Assembly (NCBI GenBank): GCA_027717865.1
Contig: JALLOM010000001.1
Coordinates: 1 to 48,578 of the forward strand
Length of the DNA: 48,578 bases
Direction of reading: 5' to 3'
Origin: Acidobacteria bacterium AH-259-O06
Lineage (GTDB): Bacteria > Acidobacteriota > UBA6911 > RPQK01 > JADFOI01
Below are positions 17,822 through 27,787 of the stretch, piece by piece. The notes under the pieces are model-generated. The model saw only the letters and a program-made list of their open reading frames with translations. It was not told the origin of the DNA and did no database searches. Every line of letters starts with the position of its first letter. The stretch's first letter is position 1. The translations under genes and the position numbers were made by a program.

Positions 17822-18379
17822 TCAAACCTCGATAATTTCCTTTTCCTTTTGATCTGCCAACACGTCAATCTCTTTGATGTGCTCGTCGGTAATTTTCTGC
17901 ACTTCACCTAGAGCATGGTATTCCATGTCTTCGGAAATTTCTTTCTCTCTGAGTAACCTTTTGAGCTTCTCGTTGGCATCTCGACGAATGTTGCGGATGG
18001 CGGTACGGTGATCCTCGGCAACTTTTCCCACCTGTCTCGCCAAAGATTCTCGCCTTTCTTGAGTCAGTGCAGGAATCGGAATACGAATGATCCGACCGTC
18101 ACTAGAAGGATTCAGGCCAAGATCGGAAGCCAGGATGGCCTTTTCAATGTTATGAATCTGGGAAGTATCCCAGGGCTGAACGGTGATTAGGCTGGGTTCC
18201 GGAACATGCAGGGTAGCAAGCTGGTTGATGGGAGTTCGGCTACCATAATAGTCCACACTAACGTGGTCCAGAAGATGAACTGAGGCTCGTCCTGTGCGAA
18301 TTCCCGCCAGCTCCCTGGTTAGGTCTTCCAAGGTTTTTTGCATTCGCTGCTTTGTCTCTGAAAGGATCTCTTTGATCAT
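17822..18379 (-). CDS. frr: Ribosome recycling factor
   Basis: MIKEILSETKQRMQKTLEDLTRELAGIRTGRAS is a canonical Frr N-terminus. The ORF-track start at 18436 (TTG) lies inside the 18388-18452 palindrome and is rejected. Confidence 0.92.
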   Translation of the reverse strand: MIKEILSETKQRMQKTLEDLTRELAGIRTGRASVHLLDHVSVDYYGSRTPINQLATLHVPEPSLITVQPWDTSQIHNIEKAILASDLGLNPSSDGRIIRIPIPALTQERRESLARQVGKVAEDHRTAIRNIRRDANEKLKRLLREKEISEDMEYHALGEVQKITDEHIKEIDVLADQKEKEIIEV

Positions 18380-18387
18380 AGGTAGGG

Positions 18388-18452
18388 GGTCAGGTATGGG
18401 ATTTTGGCATTTCGCCACTTTTGGGCGAAATGCCAAAATCCCATACCTGACC
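18388..18452. repeat. 65-bp perfect hairpin palindrome with GGTCAGGTATGGG termini
   Basis: 29-nt arms GGTCAGGTATGGGATTTTGGCATTTCGCC with a 7-nt loop. It shares its terminal 13 nt (one substitution) with the 8939-9018 element but has a different core. Lies between the pyrH stop and the frr start. Confidence 0.92.
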
Positions 18453-18468
18453 CCGAATCCCCCCGGGG

Positions 18469-19239
18469 CTAGCTGGCGATGATTGATCCCACATCTCGCC
18501 CCATCACCGCCTCTTTGATATTTCCTTCACGGCGCAAGTTGAAAACGATGATGGGAAGCCCATTGTCCATGCACAAGGAAATGGCGGTGGTATCCATTAC
18601 CCTCAGACCTTTCTCCAATACTTGCAAATAGGTTAGCTTCTTAAAAAGCTTGGCCTTCTGGTTCTCTGACGGGTTGGAGTCGTACACCCCATCCACCTTC
18701 GTGGCCTTTAAAATCACCTCTGCTTTGATCTCCATGGCTCTCAAAGCGGCGGCTGTGTCGGTGGAAAAGTAAGGGTTACCGGTCCCTGCCGCCAAGATGA
18801 CCACCCTCTTTTTTTCCAGGTGACGAATTGCTCTCCTTCGGATGAAAGGCTCTGCCACCTCAGCCATTTGGATGGCACTTAGTACCCGAGTATAAATGCC
18901 ATTCTTCTCCAGAGTACCTTGCAGAGCGAGGGCGTTAATCACAGTGGCCAGCATACCCATGTAATCCCCGGTAGCTCGATCAAAGCCGGCTTCGCTGACC
19001 TTGACACCACGTATGATATTTCCTCCCCCAACAACAATGGCAATTTCAACGCCGAGTTCATAGACTTCTTTGATCTCGCGGGCGATGTTCTGCATCATCG
19101 ACGGGTCCGCCCGGGATTCTTGAAAACCCATGAGGGCCTCCCCGCTGAGTTTGATGAGGACTCTCTTGTATCGAGGCTTTTCGATTTCGACAGGTTCCAT
19201 GACCACGGTTTGCTTTTCCCCCACCGCTCCTCCTGTCAT
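18469..19239 (-). CDS. pyrH: UMP kinase
   Basis: [12 protein letters not shown] and GGGNIIRG motifs. Start set to the ATG at 19239 (SD-like GGAAAAAGG upstream), because the track start at 19338 overlaps tsf by 62 nt. Confidence 0.92.
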   Translation of the reverse strand: MTGGAVGEKQTVVMEPVEIEKPRYKRVLIKLSGEALMGFQESRADPSMMQNIAREIKEVYELGVEIAIVVGGGNIIRGVKVSEAGFDRATGDYMGMLATVINALALQGTLEKNGIYTRVLSAIQMAEVAEPFIRRRAIRHLEKKRVVILAAGTGNPYFSTDTAAALRAMEIKAEVILKATKVDGVYDSNPSENQKAKLFKKLTYLQVLEKGLRVMDTTAISLCMDNGLPIIVFNLRREGNIKEAVMGRDVGSIIAS

Positions 19240-19276
19240 ACTACCTTTTTCCTGCAGTAAAAAGTGTGAAGGCTTC

Positions 19277-19870
19277 TTATTCCCCGACCTTAAAGCGAGC
19301 GAACCGTCTCGTTGAGATATTCTCTTTGAAGGTCGCAATCTTGGACTTTATCAATTCCTCAACGGTCAGCTCGGGACCCTTAATAAACGGCTGCTCGTAC
19401 AGGCAGACTTCAGAATAATATTTATTGAGCTTTCCTTCAACTATTCTGTCCACAACTTTTTCAGGTTTTCCTGCAGCGAGCGCCTGCTTACGGTAGATCT
19501 CTCGTTCTTTTTCCACTTCTTCCTGGCTAACATCTTCGCGCCGGACATAGGAGGGATTTGCAGCGGCGATTTGCATGGCAATATCGCGGACCAATTCTTG
19601 AAATTCCTCAGTACGTGCGACAAAGTCCGTTTCGCAGTTCACTTCCACCAGAACTCCTAACTTTCCTCCGGCGTGGATATATTGACCGATAATCCCTTCC
19701 CGAGTTTCCCGAGCTGCTCTTTTCTCCGCAGCCGCCAGACCTCGCTCTCGAAGAATGGTGATGGCTTTCTCGAAATCGCCTTGTGCCTGGGCAAGGGCCT
19801 TTTTACATTCCATCATTCCAGCACCAGTCTGATCTCGTAGTTCTTTTACCTGTTGCGCGGTAATAGCCAT
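19277..19870 (-). CDS. tsf: Translation elongation factor Ts (short form)
   Basis: 197-aa ORF. N-terminal UBA-like motif [19 protein letters not shown]. Conserved rpsB-tsf-pyrH-frr synteny. Confidence 0.95.
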   Translation of the reverse strand: MAITAQQVKELRDQTGAGMMECKKALAQAQGDFEKAITILRERGLAAAEKRAARETREGIIGQYIHAGGKLGVLVEVNCETDFVARTEEFQELVRDIAMQIAAANPSYVRREDVSQEEVEKEREIYRKQALAAGKPEKVVDRIVEGKLNKYYSEVCLYEQPFIKGPELTVEELIKSKIATFKENISTRRFARFKVGE

Positions 19871-19906
19871 GAATTTCCTCCCTGTGCGCGGTAAGATGGC
19901 GGGATT

Positions 19907-21169
19907 TTAAGATTTGGCCTTGACCTTCGCTGCGTCCTTTTCAGGCTCAGGCGAAGCGCCGGCACCGGCAGATGACTTTTTAGAAGCGCTCTTTTTACTG
20001 CCTTCCGACTTGGCCTGGCGCTTACTGGTCTTGGTCTTTGGGGGAGTGCTCTTTTTCTTTTTGGTTGCTGTCTTCTGGGACTTTGCCTTAGATTTCTCTT
20101 TTTTGGCCCCTTTAGCCGCTTTTGTCTTTTTCGTCTCCCCTTTGGATTTTTTCGCCTGTGCCTTCCTTCTGGGTTTCCTGGCTTTTTTCTCTTCTTCCTT
20201 CTCTTTTTTCATCTCCTGGACCGGGGCGGGTTCCTCCTCTTTTTCTTCTTCACCAGAGTCGACGGATTCGGCGGCTTTAAGGGCCACGGACTTCTCCCCC
20301 ACCTCGGCTTCCTTTTCTTCCTCAGCGGCAATCTTCTTTTCAGCAGGCACTGCTGATGTCGCTTCAGCTTTCACTTCAACAGCCCTCTTGGCAGCCTCCT
20401 TCGCTTCCCTGGCTGCTTCGCGCTGAGCTGCCTCCTTTGCAGCTCTCTCCCGAGCGTCTTTCGTTTCAGCTTCCACACGAGCTTCGTATATGGCCTTTCC
20501 TGCCAGGATGGCGTCGGCAATAGTTTGGGCAAACAATTTCACGGCTCTCAGGGCATCATCGTTGCCCGGAATAACGTAGTCGATTAAATCTGGATCACTG
20601 TTGGTATCGACAACGGCAATGATGGGGATCTTGAGCTTGGAAGCCTCTTTGACAGCAATATCCTCTTGATTTGAGTCCACCACAAACAGAGCATCGGGAC
20701 ACCGATTCATTTCTTTGATGCCCCGCAAATTCTTCTCCAATCGTTTCCTTTCACGTTCCAATCGCGCCACTTCTTTCTTTGACAGCTTTTCGTAAAAGCC
20801 GTTGTCCCTCATGGACTCGAGTTCCTGATAGCGTTTGATGCTGTTCTGAACAGTGGAAAAATTAGTGAGAAGTCCGCCTAACCACCGATTGTTCACGAAG
20901 TACATGCCACAGCGACAGGCTTCCTCCTCGATCGTCTCCTGAGCCTGACTTTTTGTCCCAACGAAAAGAACCGTTTTGCCCTGGGCCGCTAAATGGGTAA
21001 CAAAGTTGACCGCTTCCTTAAAGAGCCTGAGTGTTTTTTGCAAGTCAATGATGTGAACACCATTGCGCTGCCCGAAGATATAAGGTTTCATTTTTGGGTT
21101 CCAGCGACCAGTCTGATGCCCAAAATGAACCCCAGCCTCCAGCAATTGTTTGATCGAGATTGCTGCCAA
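19907..21169 (-). CDS. rpsB: 30S ribosomal protein S2 with a ~190-aa low-complexity K/A/E-rich C-terminal extension
   Basis: N-terminal 225 aa are canonical S2 ([19 protein letters not shown]...). The remainder is charged low complexity, first acidic (EEEKEEE) and then Lys-rich. Confidence 0.95.
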   Translation of the reverse strand: MAAISIKQLLEAGVHFGHQTGRWNPKMKPYIFGQRNGVHIIDLQKTLRLFKEAVNFVTHLAAQGKTVLFVGTKSQAQETIEEEACRCGMYFVNNRWLGGLLTNFSTVQNSIKRYQELESMRDNGFYEKLSKKEVARLERERKRLEKNLRGIKEMNRCPDALFVVDSNQEDIAVKEASKLKIPIIAVVDTNSDPDLIDYVIPGNDDALRAVKLFAQTIADAILAGKAIYEARVEAETKDARERAAKEAAQREAAREAKEAAKRAVEVKAEATSAVPAEKKIAAEEEKEAEVGEKSVALKAAESVDSGEEEKEEEPAPVQEMKKEKEEEKKARKPRRKAQAKKSKGETKKTKAAKGAKKEKSKAKSQKTATKKKKSTPPKTKTSKRQAKSEGSKKSASKKSSAGAGASPEPEKDAAKVKAKS

Positions 21170-21184
21170 ACAGTGCCTCCTGAA

Positions 21185-21577
21185 TTATCTCTTAGAAAAT
21201 TGAAATCGCTTTCTGGCGCCCGGCTGACCGTACTTCTTCCTCTCCTTCATTCTTGGATCGCGAGTCAGAAAACCAGCCTTCTTCAACTTCTGACGCGACT
21301 CGGCGTCAAACTGCAATAACGCACGGGAAATACCGAGCTGGACCGCTCCCGCCTGTCCCGAATAACCTCCGCCGCTGACATTGACGTACACATCAAACTT
21401 CTCCAGACTATCCGTAAGAACAAGCGGCTGCGTAACGATCATGCGTTGTGTTTTGTTTTTGAAGTACTCTTGAAAATCGGTGTGGTTCACCACAATCTGA
21501 CCGGTGCCCGGCATCAAGAAAACTCTAGCCGTGGAGGTCTTCCTTTTACCGGTTCCGTAGTATTGAACTTTATCCAA
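21185..21577 (-). CDS. rpsI: 30S ribosomal protein S9
   Basis: 130-aa ORF with [10 protein letters not shown] and a C-terminal ...[11 protein letters not shown] signature. Confidence 0.97.
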   Translation of the reverse strand: MDKVQYYGTGKRKTSTARVFLMPGTGQIVVNHTDFQEYFKNKTQRMIVTQPLVLTDSLEKFDVYVNVSGGGYSGQAGAVQLGISRALLQFDAESRQKLKKAGFLTRDPRMKERKKYGQPGARKRFQFSKR

Positions 21578-21589
21578 CGGTTTCTCTCC

Positions 21590-22018
21590 TCAAAATGTCA
21601 GGGGCTCAGGTTTCTGCGCTCGATGTGGATGCTCACTTCCAGCGTAGACCTTGAGTTTCTTCAACGTTCTTCGCCCCAATTTATTCTTGGGAAGCATCCC
21701 TTTGACGGCCAGTTTCACCAGCCTCTCAGGATGCTTGTCTCGCAGTTCTTTGGCCGTGATTTGCTTGAGGCCACCCGGATAGCCGCTGTGGGAATAATAA
21801 TTCTTCTTTTCCCACTTCTTCCCAGTGAGCTTGACCTTGTCTGCGTTGACGACGATGATGAAATCGCCCGTCTCTAGAAAATCAGTATACCATGGCTTCC
21901 CCTTGCCCATTAGAATGGAGGCAATGCGAGAAGCCAAGCGCCCTAAGACTTGCCCTTCTGCGTCAACTACATACCACTTCCTTTCGATTTCGTCCACCTT
22001 GGGTAAGTATGTTTTCAT
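21590..22018 (-). CDS. rplM: 50S ribosomal protein L13
   Basis: [30 protein letters not shown] is a canonical L13 N-terminus. The 49 codons upstream in the ORF track read through heptamer-repeat DNA and are rejected. Confidence 0.95.
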   Translation of the reverse strand: MKTYLPKVDEIERKWYVVDAEGQVLGRLASRIASILMGKGKPWYTDFLETGDFIIVVNADKVKLTGKKWEKKNYYSHSGYPGGLKQITAKELRDKHPERLVKLAVKGMLPKNKLGRRTLKKLKVYAGSEHPHRAQKPEPLTF

Positions 22019-22130
22019 AAACAATTGCCCTGCACTCTTACTGCGCACAACAAAAAAGCAAACGCAAAAAATACAAGAAGCACCGAGCAGTGTCAAGGTT
22101 CCAGACCTCGGAAACTCCGGGACCCGAAGA

Positions 22131-22215
22131 GCCACAGACCACAACTGAAAACTGACAACTGACAACTGACAGCTGACAACTCAACTGACAGCTGACAACT
22201 GACAGCTGTCAGCAG
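22131..22215. repeat. CTGACAR heptamer array (about 10 units) ending in the GACAGCTGTC palindrome
   Basis: GCCACAGACCACAACTGAAAACTGACAACTGACAACTGACAGCTGACAACTCAACTGACAGCTGACAACTGACAGCTGTCAGC. Lies in the divergent rplM / pilM upstream region. The leading CCACAGACC also heads the 11311 array. Confidence 0.9.
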
Positions 22216-22388
22216 TCCGCTTGTTGACAAGGTCGCCACAAATGCAGGATCATTCAAGGAGGGTTGTGTAGTGGAAAACCTGTTAGAAAATTGTGGAAAA
22301 TATCGACTGAGCTGTGCAAAAGTGTCACACCACAAGGGTATGGTAAGCGAGGTTCGGCGCTCGGGCGAGTCTTATAGGGCTTAGGCTT

Positions 22389-23462
22389 ATGGGGCTTAGT
22401 GTATTGTTTAGGCGAAAAGCAGAAAATCTAGTAGGGGTGGATATTGGTTCCTCCGCCGTCAAGATCGCCCAGGTCAAGCAAAAGCGCAGAAATTCCTACC
22501 AGCTGGAGGCCCTCGGTTTACAGCCTCTGCCGGAGGGAACGATTGTCGACGGGCTCATTGTTTCCAAAGATCCGGTCGTCGACGCCATCCAGCGGATCTT
22601 CGAATCGCAGAACATTCAACAAGATCAAGTAGCAACCGCCATCTCGGGTCAGTCGGTGATCGTCAAAAGAGTAACGCTTCCGGTTGAAAGTGACAAGGAG
22701 ATTGGTGAATCCATTCAATGGGAGGTGGAGCAGTATATCCCCTTTGATACTTCACAGGTTAACCTGGATTACCACACACTGGGCCCGACTTCCGAGGGTA
22801 ACCAGACAGAAGTCATCCTAGTTGCCGCCAGGAGAGACAAAATTGAGGATCAGGCCGGCGTCATTTCCATGGCCGGCAAAACTCCTATGGTCGTGGATGT
22901 GGATGCCTTTGCAATTCAAAACGTCTATGAGGTGAACTACCAACCCGAACCAGAGACCGTCGTAGCCCTCTTAAACATCGGCGCCTCTGTTCTCAATGTC
23001 GGCATTGTCAGAGGAACTGAATTCGTTTTCACACGTGACATCGGGATCGGCGGTTATCAATACACTGAGGCCCTAAGAAAAGAGTTAGGTTTCTCCTATG
23101 AGGAGGCTGAAAAATACAAAAGAGGCGAAGTATTCTTGGACGAGCTCAAAGAGACGGCCGGAACCATCGTACAGTCCGTTTCCGAAATCCTGGCTCTGGA
23201 AGTGCAGAAAACTTTTGACTATTTTAGATCTACAACTCGATATGAGAACATACAGAGAATTTACATCAGTGGTGGCGCCAGTCAAACAGAAGGCTTGCGG
23301 GCCTACTTGGAAGAAACTTTTCAGTTACCCGTCGAGTTCCTCGACCCGTTTAAGCACATTCGTGCCGACGAAAGTGCTTTGGCGTCCGGACTTTTCAATG
23401 AACGCGCCACAGACTTCGCAGTGGCGGTTGGTTTAGCTTTGAGGGCCCCTAAAGACCGATGA
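22389..23462 (+). CDS. pilM: Type IV pilus assembly ATPase-fold protein PilM
   Basis: 357-aa actin-like fold protein (VGVDIGSSAVKIAQV) at the head of a pilMNOPQ-ordered cluster. Confidence 0.9.
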   Translation: MGLSVLFRRKAENLVGVDIGSSAVKIAQVKQKRRNSYQLEALGLQPLPEGTIVDGLIVSKDPVVDAIQRIFESQNIQQDQVATAISGQSVIVKRVTLPVESDKEIGESIQWEVEQYIPFDTSQVNLDYHTLGPTSEGNQTEVILVAARRDKIEDQAGVISMAGKTPMVVDVDAFAIQNVYEVNYQPEPETVVALLNIGASVLNVGIVRGTEFVFTRDIGIGGYQYTEALRKELGFSYEEAEKYKRGEVFLDELKETAGTIVQSVSEILALEVQKTFDYFRSTTRYENIQRIYISGGASQTEGLRAYLEETFQLPVEFLDPFKHIRADESALASGLFNERATDFAVAVGLALRAPKDR

Positions 23463-24007
23463 TAAGAATCAACCTCCTGCCCACACTTGAGGCTTTTGAA
23501 AAAATCCCGATTCAGATTTACGCCGGCCTGGCAGTGATCGCTCTGGGTTCAGTAGTTCTGGGTGGCTGGTACTGGCAGTCGTACACTAACATAACGGAGA
23601 AAGAACAGGTGGAGAGCCAGCTGACGCAGGAAAGCCTACGACTGGATGCAATCCTAGTTCTAGTTAAGGTCAGTGAGTTTGAGGCAAGGAAAAAGTCGCT
23701 GCAAGACCGGATTTCGGCCATCGACTTCCTGCGGGAAAACCAAAAAGGGCCGGTGGAGCTGATGAACACCGTCATTGCCAGCATACCGGACAATCCTCCC
23801 GGATTGTGGCTGTCAAGCCTGGTGCAGAGAGGAAACAATATCAGCCTTGAAGGACGGGCTTTTGACGTACCCTTTATTGCCGACTTTATAGCGACTTTAA
23901 ACGACAGTCCGACCTTCAAATTCGTCGAACTCCAGTTTTGGGAGCAGGAGGAGGCGGGAAATATTAGATTTCAACTGAATTGTCAGACTGAGGTGGAGAC
24001 CGAATGA
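23459..24007 (+). CDS. pilN: Type IV pilus assembly protein PilN
   Basis: 182 aa with the N-terminal INLLP motif, a single TM helix and a coiled coil. 4-nt overlap with pilM. Confidence 0.85.
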   Translation: MIRINLLPTLEAFEKIPIQIYAGLAVIALGSVVLGGWYWQSYTNITEKEQVESQLTQESLRLDAILVLVKVSEFEARKKSLQDRISAIDFLRENQKGPVELMNTVIASIPDNPPGLWLSSLVQRGNNISLEGRAFDVPFIADFIATLNDSPTFKFVELQFWEQEEAGNIRFQLNCQTEVETE

Positions 24008-24582
24008 TTCGGAAGATTGCCCAATTACCCCAGCAGCAGCAAATCCTGGTTGCCGTCTTGGCCGCGGGCGCACTCTTTGCCGTCTGGTACTACGTTGTCC
24101 AGCCCATGGGTGGGCGAGTCGAAGAGTTGGAAGCTGACATTAAGGAATTAACCGTCAAAGTTGAAAAGGGACAGGAGATAGAAGCTCAACTTCCTCAATT
24201 CCAACAGGAAGTTCAGGAGCTAGAGCAAAGGCTGGCCCAGCGGAAGCAGGCCTTACCTGACCAAAAGGAAACGGCTGAAATCGTCCGTCGGGTTGAGGAG
24301 TTAGCCGTGGAGTCCAATCTCGACATCAGGAGCTTTACGCCCCAGGCGACAGTCAACAAGGATTTTTACGAAGACTGGCCAATTCGAATCTCACTGGAAG
24401 GAAACTACAATAACCTGGGACTTTTCTTCCAAAAAGTGGCTCAATTCGAGCGAATCATCAATGTCGACGACATTCAAATCAGAGCGCTTACCAACACCAC
24501 GAGCCGAGATCGAACCATCTCGGCAACCTGTACGGCCACCACTTTCGTGTTTCTCGAAGAAGAAGAAGAAGAGGCAGGCTAA
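24004..24582 (+). CDS. pilO: Type IV pilus assembly protein PilO
   Basis: 192 aa with one TM helix, a coiled coil and a ferredoxin-like C-terminal part. Position and overlap with pilN support the call. Confidence 0.8.
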   Translation: MIRKIAQLPQQQQILVAVLAAGALFAVWYYVVQPMGGRVEELEADIKELTVKVEKGQEIEAQLPQFQQEVQELEQRLAQRKQALPDQKETAEIVRRVEELAVESNLDIRSFTPQATVNKDFYEDWPIRISLEGNYNNLGLFFQKVAQFERIINVDDIQIRALTNTTSRDRTISATCTATTFVFLEEEEEEAG

Positions 24583-24587
24583 TAGGG

Positions 24588-25022
24588 ATGGAAAGAGCAC
24601 AGAAATTGCTCCTCATTTGGGCTTTTTGTACTATGGCTCTGCAATTGCAGCTTCAGGCTCAAGCCTATGATTCCAGAGGAAAGCTAGATCCCTTTATCGA
24701 CCTGAATCAGCTGCTTAGTCAAGACCAGCCCCAAGTCTTGAGCGAACTTCCTCCTCTTAGTCAGAGGCCTCCAGGCTTGGCCGGATTGGCGATTTCTGAG
24801 GTCATCGTCACCGGGATGGCAATCGGCAAAGAGTCTAAAGTCGTCCTCCTGAGGGGCATTGACAATTTCACTTATTTGGCCCGCGAGGGTAATAAGCTAT
24901 TTAATGGCTATGTGTCGAACATTTCCGAGGAAGGCGTGGTCTTCATCCAGGAACTTGTCGACACACGAGGAAATAAGGAAACCACCAAGATCGTCAAACG
25001 ACTGTATACAGAAGAAGATTAG
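24588..25022 (+). CDS. pilP: PilP-like pilus assembly lipoprotein/periplasmic protein
   Basis: 144 aa with a signal peptide and a GKLDPF motif near the N-terminus. Sits between pilO and pilQ. Confidence 0.65.
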   Translation: MERAQKLLLIWAFCTMALQLQLQAQAYDSRGKLDPFIDLNQLLSQDQPQVLSELPPLSQRPPGLAGLAISEVIVTGMAIGKESKVVLLRGIDNFTYLAREGNKLFNGYVSNISEEGVVFIQELVDTRGNKETTKIVKRLYTEED

Positions 25023-25024
25023 GA

Positions 25025-26401
25025 GTGAGCATGAGCAGTAGAAAAAACCCTTTCTTAAAGAAAGGCCTATCTCCATTATTGTGCCTTATCATCGGTTGCT
25101 CTTCTTCACTTTACGCGGCAAGCTTAAGTCCCGAAACAAGCGCTCCGGTCAAATCACCGGTGGCACAGGAGAGTCCATTCGAGGGTGAGCCCGTCTCATT
25201 GAAAGTGGTCGGGATTTCCGTCGTCGATTTCTTCAGAACCATCTCCGAGTTGAGCGGCTTGAACTTTTTGATCGACCCTGATGTCTCCGGATCACTCACA
25301 CTCAATGTCGAACAGGTGCCTTGGGACCAGCTCTTTGACGCGGTTCTCCAGAGTCAGGGACTAGCCAAAAAGATCGAGGGCAATCTGGTGCGCATCTCCA
25401 CCCGAGGGAAGTTAAAACAGGAACAACAAGAAGAACAGGAAATGAAACAGGCCCGGCTTGAGGTAGTAGACACAGTTACGCTCAGTAGGCGTCTTAATTA
25501 CGCCACCGGCTCCGAGATCATGCCCACTTTGCAGCCGCACCTGAGCGGTCGCGGCGCGATGAATGTCGATAGCCGCACCAACACCCTGATCATTACCGAC
25601 GTTCCAAGTGGCCTTGAAAAGGTTACCGGGTTGCTTGAAATCCTGGACGTCGCCGAAAAACAAGTCGAAATTGAGGCTCGCATCATCGAGGCTTCGACGA
25701 ACTTCGCCCGTGCACTTGGCGCTCAACTGGGCTTCGGAGTGGGGGCAAGGTCCTTCGACCAGCTCGTCGACCCTCCGGAAATCCTGAGCGAGGTGGGACC
25801 GGGCGCTCGGCGGTTGGGAGGGTTTCTCGGGTCCATGGTTAACAACCCGGCGCCCGGAGGGACCACCATCGCCGGGATATCAATGGGATCATTGCTTGAC
25901 ACCGTTCGCCTGGATGCCATCGTCACAGCAGGAGAAAGGGAAGGCGAAGCGCGAATTTTATCCAAGCCGCGTGTCACCGCACAGAACAACGCTGAAGCCA
26001 TCATCGTTCAGGGTTCCCGGATCCCTGTTCCAGTGCAGCAGAATTTTACCACCACCGTGCAGTTTCAAACGGCAGCCTTGCAGCTTACCGTCACACCTCG
26101 AGTGACAAACGTCCAAACCATCTTGTTGAACATCCGCGTAGAAAACAACATACCTGACTTTAGTAGGACCGTCCTGGGGATCCCTGCCATTCAGACCAGT
26201 GAATCTGCAACCCAAGTCCTGGTTCCAGACGGGGGAACGACAGTGATTGGTGGCATCTTCATAGAGTCCAAGACCGAACAAGAGGACCGGGTTCCCGGTC
26301 TCGGAAAGATCCCCGTTCTTGGACACCTCTTCAAGACCCAGAGCCGGTCTAGAGACACCCGGGAAATCATTTTTTTCATTACCGCCCGCATCAAACAGTG
26401 A
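25025..26401 (+). CDS. pilQ: Type IV pilus secretin PilQ (short form)
   Basis: 458 aa with a signal peptide, secretin N-domains and the C-terminal secretin signature VPGLGKIPVLGHLFK...REIIFFITARI. Confidence 0.88.
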   Translation: MSMSSRKNPFLKKGLSPLLCLIIGCSSSLYAASLSPETSAPVKSPVAQESPFEGEPVSLKVVGISVVDFFRTISELSGLNFLIDPDVSGSLTLNVEQVPWDQLFDAVLQSQGLAKKIEGNLVRISTRGKLKQEQQEEQEMKQARLEVVDTVTLSRRLNYATGSEIMPTLQPHLSGRGAMNVDSRTNTLIITDVPSGLEKVTGLLEILDVAEKQVEIEARIIEASTNFARALGAQLGFGVGARSFDQLVDPPEILSEVGPGARRLGGFLGSMVNNPAPGGTTIAGISMGSLLDTVRLDAIVTAGEREGEARILSKPRVTAQNNAEAIIVQGSRIPVPVQQNFTTTVQFQTAALQLTVTPRVTNVQTILLNIRVENNIPDFSRTVLGIPAIQTSESATQVLVPDGGTTVIGGIFIESKTEQEDRVPGLGKIPVLGHLFKTQSRSRDTREIIFFITARIKQ

Positions 26402-26402
26402 C

Positions 26403-27473
26403 TTGCTCGACTTTGACACTCGATACAGGCGCTGGCTTCGCCGCTTTGAAACTCATCGCCTGGATGGTTTTTTAGTTACTCATCCGCCGAATCTATCCTA
26501 CCTCTTCAACTTTACGGGTTCGACCGGCTTGGCTTGCTGCCTGTCTGAGGAGAGCTACCTTATTGTTGATTCCCGCTACATCGAGCAAGCGTCCTCCCAA
26601 TGCATCAACTGCCATCCGATGCTGGCCGAGAAATCTTTGGAGGACGCTCTTAGAGCTTTTCTTCGCAGCCGCGACCGATTCAATGGCCACAAAACGAGAA
26701 TCGGTATTGAAGCCAAACGTGTGTCCTACGATTTCATGCTTCGGATCCAATCCTGGGAGACACAGATTGAGTGGATCCCCACCAGAGATCTCATTGAGGA
26801 GATTCGAATGATCAAAGACACTGCAGAAACACAGATCATCGAGCAGGCTTTTCAGATTGCTCAGCATGCCTATGGACGATTGGTGGACAAAATCCGCTCC
26901 GGGATGCAGGAAATCGAAGTGGCCGGCATCCTCGAATTCGAGCTCCGTAAAGCAGGAGGTGAAGGACCTTCCTTTGAAACCATTGTTGCCTCAGGCCCAC
27001 GGTCTTCGCTTCCTCACGGCTCGGCTACAGCGAAAAGGATTGAATCAGACGAGCTGGTACTAATCGACTTTGGCGTGAAGTACCATGGCTATTGCAGTGA
27101 CCTCACGCGTATTTATCTATCGTCGAATGCGAAGCGGCCGGAGATCTATCAAGTGGTTAAAGAGGCCCAGAACAAGGCTCTTTCCCTGATTAAACCTGGA
27201 GTCCTTTCATCAGAGATCAATGCCGCGGCTCGAAAGGTGATCGGAGATCAGGGCTATGGAGATTATTTCGGCCACAGCACCGGTCACGGTCTTGGTCTGG
27301 AGGTGCACGAGCTACCAACCATATCGGCGCATCGGCCTCGCGAGATCCGAGAGGGGATGGTTTTCACTGTGGAGCCTGGAATCTACTTGCCCCGCCAATA
27401 CGGTGTCCGTCTTGAAGACGCCGTCCTGGTTACTAACAACGGTTGTCGCTTACTGTCTGACCGAGATACCTAA
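26403..27473 (+). CDS. M24-family Xaa-Pro peptidase (aminopeptidase P / prolidase-like)
   Basis: Creatinase-like N-domain plus metal-ligand motifs DFG..YHGYCSD, HSTGHGLGLEVHE and VEPGIY. Start placed at the in-frame TTG at 26403, just after the pilQ stop; the track ATG at 26319 would overlap pilQ by 83 nt. Confidence 0.85.
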   Translation: MLDFDTRYRRWLRRFETHRLDGFLVTHPPNLSYLFNFTGSTGLACCLSEESYLIVDSRYIEQASSQCINCHPMLAEKSLEDALRAFLRSRDRFNGHKTRIGIEAKRVSYDFMLRIQSWETQIEWIPTRDLIEEIRMIKDTAETQIIEQAFQIAQHAYGRLVDKIRSGMQEIEVAGILEFELRKAGGEGPSFETIVASGPRSSLPHGSATAKRIESDELVLIDFGVKYHGYCSDLTRIYLSSNAKRPEIYQVVKEAQNKALSLIKPGVLSSEINAAARKVIGDQGYGDYFGHSTGHGLGLEVHELPTISAHRPREIREGMVFTVEPGIYLPRQYGVRLEDAVLVTNNGCRLLSDRDT

Positions 27474-27482
27474 CAGAAGGGG

Positions 27483-27698
27483 GTGAGAATTCAGAATTCA
27501 GAAGTCAGAATTCAGAAGTCAGAATTCAGAATTCAGAATTCAGAAGTGAGAACCCAGAAGCTCTCAGGAGTCACGGTGCAAACAAGGGAAGCCATGTGTA
27601 AAGCTCCGATCCAGTGCCAGATCGCACAGTAAGTTCGACATGCAATGTTAAGTCTTCTGGATTCTGGATTCTGGATTCTGGATTCTGACTTCTGGATT
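27483..27698. repeat. Inverted heptamer arms, (TTCAGAA/GTCAGAA)11 and (ATTCTGG)6, around a ~95-nt unique core
   Basis: Left arm 27483-27559, right arm 27654-27698. Located between the M24 peptidase stop and accB. Confidence 0.92.
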
Positions 27699-27787
27699 GA
27701 CTAATCAGCGCCGAGCAACCACAATGAGCCCTGCGTTCTTCCAAATATACGCTTGCTGTAACCGTTGAAGAAGATCAGGGAGAATCG

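Noticed and set aside
18380-18436. N-terminal extensions in the ORF track for frr (to 18436), rplM (to 22165), pyrH (to 19338), fabG (to 46801), pilA (to 38868), the FimT-like gene (from 35287) and the PilW-like gene (from 36228).
   Set aside because: The extensions read through palindromes or heptamer arrays, or overlap the upstream gene. Internal ATGs give canonical family N-termini, usually with an SD.
25025-26401. PilQ is only 458 aa, whereas proteobacterial PilQ is about 700 aa, so it could be a truncated pseudogene.
   Set aside because: The ORF is intact, with a signal peptide, N-domains and the full C-terminal secretin signature, and it overlaps or abuts its neighbours normally. Short secretins lacking AMIN domains are common.
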